Source: Nitrospirota bacterium (GTDB lineage Bacteria > Nitrospirota > UBA9217). From it: a stretch of DNA of 17,975 nt. Location: positions 1 through 17,975 of the forward strand of contig CAVUHW010000007.1 in assembly GCA_963741205.1 (NCBI GenBank), read 5' to 3'. Within the stretch, counting starts at the first letter, position 1; each line of letters starts with the position of its first letter. The translations under genes were made by a program, and so were the position numbers. The notes beneath the pieces are model-generated. The model did no database searches and was not told the DNA's origin. It worked only from the letters and a program-made list of their open reading frames with translations. Shown in pieces: positions 8,178 through 17,975 of the stretch.

Positions 8178-8292
8178 CAAGCACTAAACTCTAATTTCTA
8201 AATTCGAATCAATAGTCAAAATTTCAATTTGAATATTGGTCCCTTCGTGCTTTGAATTTATTTCGGATTTAGGATTTCCTATTTCGTGCTTG
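8178..8292. repeat. AT-rich 7-nt-period inverted-arm element (nifK-transporter junction)
   Basis: CAAGCACTAAACTCTAATTTCTAAATTCGAA at left is complementary, with mismatches, to TTCGGATTTAGGATTTCCTATTTCGTGCTTG at right. Confidence 0.75.
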
Positions 8293-8295
8293 ATC

Positions 8296-9806
8296 CTATC
8301 TGAATCACATCAAAGCTCGCCGAACCCGTCGGTCTTCCTGTCCAGCTCGTCAAGCACGGTGTTCACCAGCATGGTCACGAGGTTCAATGCTCCCTGGTAC
8401 CCGATGATCGGCTGGCGGTGCAGATGGTGCCGGTCGAAAAGCGGGAACCCGATGCGGACCAGAGGCGTTCCCGTGTCCTGCGTCAGGAACTTTGCATACG
8501 AGTTGCCGATCAGGACGTCCACGGGATCGGTGAACAGAAGCGACCGGAGATGCCACATGTCTTTGCCGATATAGACTGTACCATGAGCGCCGAATGGGCT
8601 CGACGCGAGCAACTCGTTCGCCTCAGCCTCGAAATTCTTATCGCCGTTTGTGCATACGATATGGACCGGCTCGCCGCCCATCTCCATGATAAGGCTCATC
8701 ATCCCGAGCAGGATGTCCGGGTCGCCGACCAGGGCGAACCGCTTGCCGTGGACGTACGGATGCGAGTCCACCATGGCGTCCACAACCCTGCCGCGCTCGG
8801 CCTCGATCGCGGCCGGGATCGGCTTGCCCGTAAGCTTGCTCAGCTCTGCAAAGAACGCGTCGGTATTCTTGATGCCGATCGGAGAAAGCGTGAGCGTCTT
8901 CTGGCCCCACTCCTTCTGGATGTAATCCATGGTCTTCATGGTCGAATATTTCTGAAGCGCGACCGTTCCCGGGGCGTTCACCGCGTCCATGGCATGCAGG
9001 GAGCGGCGTGCCGCCCGGGATAGAGCTTGTACTCGCCCGTGTTCGGAGAATCGAAAGTGTCGCTCACGTCGGCAAGAAGCGTAAACTCGATGCCCATCAG
9101 CGCCATCAGCCGTCTTGATCTCGTGATAGTTTCCGGTATAGGTATCGAAGCCCGGAATGATGTTGATCTTTCCGTTCGATTCGCCCTTCTTGCCCGTAGA
9201 GAGCGTCGAGAGGATGCCCTTCATCATGTTGTCGTAGCCCACGATGTGGGAGCCCACGAAGGAGGGCGTGTGCGCAAACGGGACCGGCAGGTCCTGGGGG
9301 ATCACGCCCTTCTCGCGCGCGGTCCTGATGTAGGCGTTCAGGTCGTCGCCGATCACCTCCGCCATGCAGGTCGTCGAGACCGCGATCATCTTCGGCTTAT
9401 ACAGCGTATAGGCGTTCTCCAGGCCTTCGAGCATGTTGTTCAGTCCGCCGAACACCGCGGCGTCCTCGGTCATCGAAGTGGATATCGCGGCAAAAGGCTC
9501 CTTGAAATGCCGGGAGAGGTGGCTCCGGAAGTAGGCCACGCAGCCCTGTGCGCCCTGCACGAACGGCATGGAGCCCTCGAAACCCGAGGCGCAGAAAACA
9601 GCGCCGAGCGGCTGGCAGGCTTTCGCCGGGTTGATCTTGATGTTCTGGCGCTTGAAGTTGAGCTCCTTGTACTCCTCGGTCTTGGTCCACTCGGAGATCT
9701 CTTTCACCTTCTCCGCCGGCCAGCAGTTCTCGAACTCCTTCTTGCGCTCGAACTGGTCTTTATAATCTTGCTGTTTGAACAGCTCGCTATGGTCTCTGAC
9801 TTTCAT
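8296..9806 (-). CDS. nifK: nitrogenase MoFe protein beta chain
   Basis: ATG 9806 after GGAGG; P-cluster ligands AKACQP, QGCVAY, TTCMAE, TPSF; GFPLFDRHH. Three compensating +1 indels at ~9113-8997 scramble ~40 aa; two more near the end hide a typical ..SFDVIR* terminus (TAG at 8296; the as-sequenced stop is at 8310). Confidence 0.95.
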
Positions 9807-9821
9807 GATAATCCTCCATTG

Positions 9822-9920
9822 AACCACAGGCGACTGCATCGCGCACGGTAAGCATCGAAACTAAGACTCTGATTTTCGCACCTTGCAGTTCTCTCTGTGC
9901 GCTCTGCGACCTCCGTGGTT
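9822..9920. repeat. degenerate inverted repeat with ~9-nt periodicity (nifD-nifK junction)
   Basis: AACCACAGGCGACTGCATCGCGCACGG pairs imperfectly with CTCTGTGCGCTCTGCGACCTCCGTGGTT. Confidence 0.65.
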
Positions 9921-9931
9921 ACAATTTATTG

Positions 9932-11403
9932 TTATTTCTTTCTCCTTATCAAACTCCACGTCGGGCTGTTCACGGTCATGTCCATGTCCCGCGCGAAGAC
10001 CGGGAACCCGTCGAACCCATGGTACGGCCCCGAGTAATCCCAGGAGTGCATCTGCCGGAACGGCACGCCGAGCTTGTGGTAGGAGTACTTCTCCTTGATG
10101 CCCGAACCGACCATGTCGGGCTTCAGCCTGCGGGTGAACTCTTCGAGTTCATACAAGGTCGCATCGTCCATGATCACCGCGCCTTCCTTCATATCCGGAT
10201 AGGTGCGCTTGTAGTCGTCGCTGTGACCGAACTCGTAGCCCGAGGCCACCACCTCCATGCCGAGGTCCTCGTAGGCGCCGATGGTGTGGCGGGGGCGGAG
10301 GCCGCCGACGTAGAGCATCACCTTCTTGCCTTCGAGCTTCGGCCGGTACTGCTCCACCACCTTGTCCATGAGCGGCTTGTACTTCTCGATCACGGCCTCG
10401 GCGTTCTTCTGGATCTTCTCGTCGAACTTGGCGGCGATCTTCCTGATGCTGTCGTAGATCTTCGTAGGACCGAAGAAATTGAACTCCATCCACGGGATGC
10501 CGTAGGTCTCTTCCATGTGCCGGCAGATATAGTTCATGGACCGGTAGCAGTGGATCAGGTTCAGCTTGGCCTTGGTCGCGATGCCGATCTCGTTGATCGT
10601 CGAATCGCCGGTGTACTGGGCGATCACGCGGAGGCCCATCTCTTCCAAAATTTTCCGCGAAGCCCAGGCATCGCCGCCGATGTTGTAGTCGCCGATCAGG
10701 TTCACGTCATAGGGCGTGGACTTCTTGAGTTCGCCTTTGCCGAGCACATAATCCCTGATCGTATCGTTCGCAATATGGTGCCCGAGGGACTGGGAAACTC
10801 CGCGAAAGCCCTCGCACCGACCGGAACGATCGGGATGCCCATTCCTTCGCCACCCGCTTCGAAACCGCTTCGATGTCGTCGCCGATGAGTCCCACGGGAC
10901 ATTCAGACAGGATGCCGATGCCGCGGCCGAGGGGGAAGAGGCCTTTCAGTTCCTTGAGCGCGGCATCAAGCCCCTTGTCTCCGCCATACACGATGTTTTT
11001 TTCCTGGAAATCGGTCGTGATGTGCATAGTGCCGAAGGCGTCGATGCCGGTCTGGCCGTTATAGTAATTCCTGCGCGACCACCAGGAGTACTGGCCGCAG
11101 CCGACGGGCCCGTGGCTGACCGTGATCTGGTCCTTGACCGGTCCCCAGACCACGCCCTTCGCGCCCGCGTACGCGCAGCCGCGCACGGTCATGACGCCGG
11201 GACGGGACTTGACGTTCGACTTCACCTGGCAGGTGCTGCACTGGCCCGTGGGGTCGTTGGCCGCCAGATGTTTCGCCCGCTCCTTCTTCGACTTCTCCGG
11301 GATAGGCATCCAGCACCTCTTCGATCATTTTCTGGGTATCTTTGATCTTTCCGCTCATGGGTTTCGCATCCTTGATTTCTTTATCTTTCACTTCAGTGCT
11401 CAT
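9932..11403 (-). CDS. nifD: nitrogenase MoFe protein alpha chain (~490 aa after fixing indels at ~11300, ~10840, ~10819)
   Basis: [43 protein letters not shown] and RQMHSWDY all present; no clostridial-type ~50 aa insertion after YEFGH, so group I-like Mo enzyme. Confidence 0.95.
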
Positions 11404-11420
11404 GGGATCTCCTTCGTATG

Positions 11421-12378
<958 letters not shown>

Positions 12379-12384
12379 TTATAT

Positions 12385-12400
12385 AGCAACTGGCGTGCCA
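12385..12400 (-). promoter_or_regulatory. sigma54 -24/-12 promoter of the nifH operon
   Basis: Minus strand TGGCACGCCAGTTGCT, a near-perfect consensus, 36 nt upstream of the nifH ATG. Confidence 0.92.
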
Positions 12401-12605
12401 TTCTCAAAAATGCATTTTCTGGCCCGTTTTTTCATGTTTTGACAAAGCCGTCCGTGAACAAGATACGAACAGGTGGGGGATAAATAGGCATCATTGATAC
12501 TACAAACGAGCTACAATGAAAGAAACGGCGAGCAGATGTGCAACACAGGGCTGCGAAGCGCGCCGTAAGCATGCCCCGGGAGAAAGTTCGGCTTTGGAGG
12601 ACCGC

Positions 12606-13641
12606 ATGAAACGAAAAACTCTTGCAACACTGTTCATGATGGTTGCAATCTGTTTATCCGCCGGCACGGCCTTCGGTTTGGACGCGGACGAGACATCGAT
12701 TCATCCCGCAATCGGCATCCAGGGCTGGTTCTCATCGGCCTTTGCAAAATGGCAGATCTCATTTCCCTATGTCACCCGAGTCCGCAAATCCAGGGAATAC
12801 CCGCCGAGGCACGCGCGGCAAGATCGAATCAGAGCTCGATTTCGATAACATCGACAGCCCAATTTGGATCGTTACGGGAGGAGCGGCCATTGGGCCGAAC
12901 TTTTCTTTTGAAGTATTACTCGGCACGGGCTCGATCGGAAACGGGCACGGAACGGACACGGACAGGTTTCTGGCGGACTCGGGAGGAGGCCTGGAGTTCT
13001 CTCAATCCAAAAACGATGTCGACGGTAACGTCAAGCTGGGGGAATTAAATTTCTACTTTAATAACCATCGTTTCTCCGGGAAACATGATGGGCCCTGGGG
13101 GGCGGTGCTGGGCTACACCCATTATGAAGACCAACTGCACATGACGAACGCCGTACAAACCGTTTCCGTGACCTTCGACGGGACCGCGTTCCCGCCGGTC
13201 GGCCCTTTTCCCCCGGGCCTGGTGCTCAATTCCGATTTTGATTTTTCCTGGGATGCCTTAAAAGTGGGTGTCCTGTTTCAACCTGTCTTGACGGATCAGC
13301 TTTCTCTTACCGGAACCCTGTCCGTTTATCCGTTCGTAGAATACAAGGGCGACGGTTTTTGGAACCTGCGAGCGGGGAGCGGCAGGAACGATTTCCGCTC
13401 ACAGCCGCCTAATTTCACTCAGACCTCTTCAACCGGCTACGGCTACGACGTGTCGCTCGGGTTGGCATATGCTGTTTTGGAAAATCTGGAATTGTCCGCG
13501 GGATACCGGATTTTTTACCTTCGCGCGACGAACGGGACCGATACGACATTTTTTGCGGACGGGACCTCGGACGTTTCGAACCTGGACTGGGCCACCGTGA
13601 CGCGGCAGGGGGTCTATGCGGGTGTGCTGTACAAATTTTAA
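12606..13641 (+). CDS. outer-membrane beta-barrel protein, omptin-like; frameshift near 12775-12810
   Basis: GGAGG RBS, signal peptide MKRKTLATLFMMVAICLSAGTAFG in one frame, then amphipathic beta strands (ESELDF, GTDTD, GDGFWNLR) in the next; C-terminal YKF. The omptin label rests on resemblance only. Confidence 0.7.
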
Positions 13642-13899
13642 TGCGCGCCCCTGCGGAACCCGATAAAGAATGAACTCCGGCGGAGATCCTCGAACGAGTC
13701 ACTCATTGCCCCCCTTGCCAGCTGACCCCACTGGTCTCGAATACCTTAGCCTATCAGGCTACTGGGATCCGGGGTAATTAATAAGCATACTAAAGAAGTA
13801 GTTCAAAAAAGCCCACCTAATATGTCATTTCACCCACTTTTGGCGCAATTACCCAACCCTTAATTTTGTAATACACTGAAATTTAATAGTTTACAATTC

Positions 13900-13915
13900 T
13901 GGCATACCATATGCT
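13900..13915 (+). promoter_or_regulatory. sigma54 -24/-12 promoter upstream of a small ORF
   Basis: TGGCATACCATATGCT (GG-N10-GC) preceded by an AT-rich, IHF-like tract at 13861-13893. Confidence 0.7.
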
Positions 13916-13953
13916 TATTATTAATCAGAATTATAGATAGGGTGGGTAATAAA

Positions 13954-14112
13954 ATGAACGAGATGAGAACAACCGGTTGCATCCGGGAAAAGGAAAAAGA
14001 GATCGTTAATATTTTGATCGACAGCGACCTTTACCTGGACATGGATCTGGCAGAGAGATACAGGCTGTTACACTACATCGTAGACTCCTATTTCGACGCC
14101 GCTGTAAAGTAG
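13954..14112 (+). CDS. small hypothetical protein, 52 aa (MNEMRTTGCIREKEKEIVNILIDSDLYLDMDLAERYRLLHYIVDSYFDAAVK)
   Basis: AGGGTGG RBS-like sequence, ATG 13954, TAG 14112, amphipathic helical pattern, own sigma54 promoter; below the ORF-track cutoff. Confidence 0.65.
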   Translation: MNEMRTTGCIREKEKEIVNILIDSDLYLDMDLAERYRLLHYIVDSYFDAAVK

Positions 14113-14325
14113 GAAACAAGCGCTCTCCTCAAGCCCTTGCCCCGCATTACGTTTGTCCCGCTATGACCATCTAGAACGAGACTGCAAGCAGACACGAAAT
14201 TTCCCCTCAATCGTATTCAGTTGAAGATTGCGAATCCTTTCATAACCGCAGAATGACGGGAAATTATTTTATTTTTGTGATACAATGCGGACCCGATAAG
14301 GACATCACCATAAAGGGGGCATTTG

Positions 14326-16578
14326 ATGCCGACAAAGGACAATTCGATTTTGACCACCGCGCTGCACTCGGAGGTCGAGAGCCGGTTCCTCACGTACGCC
14401 CTTTCCACCATCGTTTCCCGCTCTCTTCCCGATGTGCGCGACGGATTGAAGCCGGTGCACCGCAGGATCCTGTTCGCGATGTGGGAAATGGGCCTCGGCC
14501 CCACGGCAAAATTCCGCAAGAGCGCGGCCGTCGTGGGCGAGGTCCTCGGAAAGTTCCACCCCCACGGCGACCAGGCTGCCTACGACGCCATGGTCAGAAT
14601 GGCGCAGCCCTTCTCGCTCCGCTATCCGCTCGTTGAGGGCTCGGGAAATTTCGGCAGCGTGGACGGCGACCCTGCGGCGGCCATGCGCTATACCGAAGCG
14701 CGGCTCTCGAGTATCGCCGAGGAGCTCCTGGCCGAGATCGACAAAGACACCGTCGGCTTCCGGCCGAACTACGACAACTCGTTGAAAGAACCGCTTGTGC
14801 TTCCCGCGCGGTTCCCCCAACTCCTGGTGAACGGCACGTCCGGAATAGCCGTGGGTATGAGCTGTTCCTTCCCGCCGCACAATATTTCCGAGGTAATCAA
14901 CGGACTGGCGGCCATGATCGATGATCCGGACATCGAGATAAAGGACCTGCTCAAACACATCAAAGGCCCGGATTTCCCGACCGGAGGCCAGATTCTGAAC
15001 TCGAAAAGGGAGCTTCGTGAGATTTACGAAACCGGTTCCGGCGGCATCAGGGTCCGCGGAGAATACGATGTCGAAGACCTTCCCCGCGGCAAGCAGGCCA
15101 TCGTGTTCACCTCCATCCCCTACCTCGTGAACAAAGCCAAGCTGCTCGAAAAGCTCATCGGCCTCATGGAGGACAAGAAGCTGCCCCAGGTGTCCGTCGT
15201 CCGCGACGAATCCACCCACGAAGTTCGCCTCGTGCTCGAGCTCAAAGCTGAAACGAACGCGGAGCTCGTTACCGCATACCTCTTCAAACACACGGACCTC
15301 GAATCCACCTTTCCGATCAACTTCACCGCCTTGAAACCGAACATGGAGCCCGACCGCCTGCCGCTCAAGGAGATGATGCGCTATTTTCTCGACTTCAGGC
15401 TCGACGTCGTCAAGAAGCGGCTGAACTTCGACCTCAGGATCCTCAAGGCCCGGCTCCACATCCTGGCCGCCTTCGAGAAACTCTATGACGACCTCGACGC
15501 GGCGATCAAGATCATCCGCAAGGCTAAATCGCGGGAGGATGCCTCCGAGAAGCTCAAGAAGCACTTCAAGCTCGACGACGAACAGGTGAAGGCTGTCCTT
15601 GATATCCAGCTTTACAAGCTCGTGGGCTTGGAAATCGAGCGGATCCTCAACGAGATAGCCGAGAAGACCCGGCAAAAGAAAGACATCGAGGTCATCCTGG
15701 CCTCACAGAAAAAGATCTGGGGCCTCATCAAGACCGAGCTTCTGGAGATCAAGGAAAAATTCGGTGACAAGCGAAAGTCAACGATGAAGGCGGCGGATGA
15801 CGTCGAATTCTCCCAGGAGGACTTCATCGTTCACGAGGATGTGACCGTGATCATGACGAAGATGGGATGGATCAGACGCGTCAAGACCGTGGGAGAGAAC
15901 CTCCGGTTCAAGGAAGGCGACGAGCTTTTGGCGCTCCTGCCGGCGAACACCAAGGACAACATCGCCGTCTTCTCGTCGGCAGGCAAGGTCTATGTCGTGA
16001 AGGCCGTCGATCTGCCGTCCGGCTCCGGCTTCGGCGAGCCGGTCCAACACCTCTTCAAGTTCGGCGACGGCGAACGTCCTATCGCGGCAATGAATTTCAC
16101 GACCGTCTTAGCGCAACCGGCACTCGCACCAGGCGAACAACCGGAGCTCGCTCTCGCCCCCCGGGAGGTGACGGCCCTGACTGTTTCCGCCCACGGTATG
16201 GGTTTTGCCTTTGACCTGGGACAATATAATTCCGTAACCACCCGAGCCGGGAAAAAATACGCCAGTGTCAAAGAAGACGACTATATCATGGGCGTGGGCA
16301 TCCTCGATCTGCCGAATGTCCTGTTTATCACCTCAGAGGGCAAGGCCGTCGTAGTCGCAGCTAAGGAAATCACCGTCCTGACCGGAGCGGGCAAGGGTGT
16401 CAAGCTCGTGAACGTGAAGAACGGCGAGGTTGCGCTCTTCCGGCCCGTCAGCAAAGGCGAGCAGGTGAAGGTCGTCGATGAGAAGGGCAATGAGAAGGTG
16501 ATCGACCTGAAAAAATACGGCGTGATGACCCGGGGGAGCGTAGGACATAAGGCCGTGAAGGCCGTGAAGTTCGCGTAG
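14326..16578 (+). CDS. parC: type IIA DNA topoisomerase subunit A, ParC-like (~750 aa)
   Basis: [25 protein letters not shown] (catalytic Tyr), [14 protein letters not shown]; shortened CTD with no QRRGGKG GyrA-box after GWIRRV. TTG 14323 is an alternative start. Confidence 0.85.
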   Translation: MPTKDNSILTTALHSEVESRFLTYALSTIVSRSLPDVRDGLKPVHRRILFAMWEMGLGPTAKFRKSAAVVGEVLGKFHPHGDQAAYDAMVRMAQPFSLRYPLVEGSGNFGSVDGDPAAAMRYTEARLSSIAEELLAEIDKDTVGFRPNYDNSLKEPLVLPARFPQLLVNGTSGIAVGMSCSFPPHNISEVINGLAAMIDDPDIEIKDLLKHIKGPDFPTGGQILNSKRELREIYETGSGGIRVRGEYDVEDLPRGKQAIVFTSIPYLVNKAKLLEKLIGLMEDKKLPQVSVVRDESTHEVRLVLELKAETNAELVTAYLFKHTDLESTFPINFTALKPNMEPDRLPLKEMMRYFLDFRLDVVKKRLNFDLRILKARLHILAAFEKLYDDLDAAIKIIRKAKSREDASEKLKKHFKLDDEQVKAVLDIQLYKLVGLEIERILNEIAEKTRQKKDIEVILASQKKIWGLIKTELLEIKEKFGDKRKSTMKAADDVEFSQEDFIVHEDVTVIMTKMGWIRRVKTVGENLRFKEGDELLALLPANTKDNIAVFSSAGKVYVVKAVDLPSGSGFGEPVQHLFKFGDGERPIAAMNFTTVLAQPALAPGEQPELALAPREVTALTVSAHGMGFAFDLGQYNSVTTRAGKKYASVKEDDYIMGVGILDLPNVLFITSEGKAVVVAAKEITVLTGAGKGVKLVNVKNGEVALFRPVSKGEQVKVVDEKGNEKVIDLKKYGVMTRGSVGHKAVKAVKFA

Positions 16579-16587
16579 AAAACCTGA

Positions 16588-16698
16588 CACATTAAAAGGG
16601 TCTTCGGGTCACATGCGCGGGGAGCAGCAGGCCCGGAGTCGGACCTCGATGTGCTCGTGGTTGTTGACCGCGCGGACCATGAACCCACGATTTTTTGA
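16588..16698 (+). pseudogene. remnant of a minimal nucleotidyltransferase (MNT, pol-beta fold) gene
   Basis: Translates HIKRVFGSHARGAAGPESDLDVLVVVDRADHEPTIF*, matching FGSxARG..SDxDhhV; no start codon or RBS, truncated at both ends. Confidence 0.7.
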
Positions 16699-16761
16699 AA
16701 GCTGTCCCAGGCAAGTAGCTCGGCCAGTAAGTTTGTAGCAAAGCAAAACCCGACGTAACGA

Positions 16762-16820
16762 TTCCAACAACGCCGTCGAGCGGATCGTTAAAACCGCGCC
16801 CCTCACGGCGGCGGTTCATT
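16762..16820 (+). other. degenerate attC-like (59-base element) hairpin
   Basis: TTCCAAC..CGCCGT(C)GAGCGG..CCCCTCACGGCG..GTT: AAC/GTT ends, inner stem with one extrahelical C, 59 nt long; the R boxes deviate from RYYYAAC/GTTRRRY. Confidence 0.4.
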
Positions 16821-16880
16821 TGCCTGATTCAACCAGTATTATGCATAGATATTTCGTCAACATGGCTGCATAATTGGTAG

Positions 16881-16957
16881 GTGTCGACGAGATGGATAAA
16901 ATTATTACGGACGTATAGAATAGTGAATGAACCATTCGGTTCAGCATCCATTTTGTA
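16881..16957 (+). repeat. copy 1 of a diverged ~77-bp direct repeat
   Basis: Begins GTGTCGACGAGATGG, identical to 17792-17806; ungapped similarity continues, about 48/77 by manual count. Confidence 0.6.
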
Positions 16958-17080
16958 GTTGTTATAGCAACCACTTATTTAAGCGTGAGAAGATTCCACC
17001 TGAGTTCCTTCCCCCACATACATAGAAGATATTAACATATTGACTTTGACTATCAAAGGCCGGCTTGTTACAATCAATAT

Positions 17081-17704
17081 ATGAGAAAAATAATCACTAC
17101 TACATTCTTAACATTAGACGGCATCGTACAAGCACCGGGAGGGCCAACGGAGGACACTACCGGCGGCTTTGCGTATGGCGGCTGGTCAGTCAATTATTGG
17201 GACGAGATGATGGGCACGGTCATGAAAGGGTTTATGGGTATCCCCTTTGAGCTCCTTCTCGGCAAGAACACGTACGAAATATTTGCCGCTTATTGGCCGC
17301 ACACAAAAGAGGATGCGGTGGTGGCAGAGCCCTTCAACGCCACTAAAAAGTACGTCGTGTCGGAGAAATCCTTTGAGCCTTCGTGGCAGAACTCAACATG
17401 TATTACCGGTGATATAGTGAAGCAGATCAAAAAACTCAAAGCAGAGGACGGTCCAGATTTGTGGGTGCACGGCAGTGGTAACCTCATTCAGACCTTGCTC
17501 AGACACCAACTGATCGATCGAATGCATCTTTGGATCTTCCCGGTGACCGTGGGTGACGGAAAGAAACTTTTTGCGGAAGGAACGCAAGCTGAAGGATTCA
17601 AACTAGTTGAATCAAAATCTTCGACGACCGGCGTTATCATCGCTACATACGAGTCGGCAGGTGCGCTCAAGACGGGTTCAATCCATCCCGCCAAGCCTTC
17701 CTAA
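17081..17704 (+). CDS. dihydrofolate reductase-family protein (RibD C-terminal domain type), 207 aa
   Basis: MRKII..TLDG..QAPGGP.ED..GGF..GGW, LLLGKNTYE, KYVVS, VHGSGNL, LIDR..PVTVGDGKKLF. Confidence 0.9.
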   Translation: MRKIITTTFLTLDGIVQAPGGPTEDTTGGFAYGGWSVNYWDEMMGTVMKGFMGIPFELLLGKNTYEIFAAYWPHTKEDAVVAEPFNATKKYVVSEKSFEPSWQNSTCITGDIVKQIKKLKAEDGPDLWVHGSGNLIQTLLRHQLIDRMHLWIFPVTVGDGKKLFAEGTQAEGFKLVESKSSTTGVIIATYESAGALKTGSIHPAKPS

Positions 17705-17791
17705 ACCCGGGATACGATGCGTAACAGCAGCACAACATACAAGTGGTATTCTTTGTCCTTGTCACAATATTGGTCTTCCAAACTCGCAGGT

Positions 17792-17868
17792 GTGTCGACG
17801 AGATGGTCAAGAACTTAGAAGATGTGCAGAAGCCCGATTGAAGCATGCTGCGCGACCTACATCCTGTA
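17792..17868 (+). repeat. copy 2 of the diverged ~77-bp direct repeat
   Basis: Ungapped alignment to 16881-16957. Confidence 0.6.
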
Positions 17869-17975
17869 TCTTGTCTGCTTAAATGCAGAGCAGTTTGCAT
17901 ATTCTCCATGGGAGCCGCGTTCAGGAGAATACTATTAACAAAGCAATTAACAGGTTTTCAACAAACAATGTGAAC

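Noticed and set aside
9932-11403. Alternative (V or Fe-only) nitrogenase
   Set aside because: No vnfG/anfG between D and K; HCYRS, GGLRPRH and MHSWDY are Mo-type, and nifEN/nifX are present.
12401-12600. Canonical NifA upstream activator sequence
   Set aside because: No TGT-N10-ACA found by inspection.
14305-15675. 456-aa minus-strand ORF
   Set aside because: Antisense shadow of parC, with no recognisable motifs.
17028-17057. dif/Xer site near the topoisomerase (ATTAACATA resembles a XerD arm)
   Set aside because: No matching XerC arm at the required spacing.
17081-17704. Trimethoprim-resistance dfrA cassette
   Set aside because: Sequence fits the RibD-C-like family rather than DfrA/FolA, and no attC follows the gene.

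Overview
Bacterial window, GC-rich except for the last ~1.2 kb. About 12.3 kb is a minus-strand Mo-nitrogenase cluster: nifH-nifD-nifK-(TauE/SafE-family transporter)-fused nifEN-nifX-nifI1-nifI2-fdxB-GNAT, then nifB (radical-SAM only)-hesA-small 2-TM protein, then the start of a secreted-protein gene. Sigma54 -24/-12 promoters precede nifH, nifB and the secreted-protein gene. Many nif genes carry single-base indels but keep their cofactor ligands, which most likely reflects long-read consensus error rather than decay. The plus strand holds an omptin-like outer-membrane beta-barrel, an unannotated sigma54-driven 52-aa ORF, a ParC-like topoisomerase subunit without a GyrA-box, a nucleotidyltransferase remnant followed by an attC-like hairpin, and a RibD-C/DHFR-family gene flanked by diverged direct repeats. 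The most unusual signals are: (i) most long junctions from nifH to fdxB are filled by a different short-period (7-9 nt) repeat/hairpin element, and two such elements sit inside the NifEN reading frame, one forming the E-N linker; (ii) a possible sulfur/Mo-handling accessory set (TauE between nifK and nifE, HesA coupled to nifB). Gene content suggests an anaerobic Gram-negative lineage such as Nitrospirota or Desulfobacterota; this is inference only.
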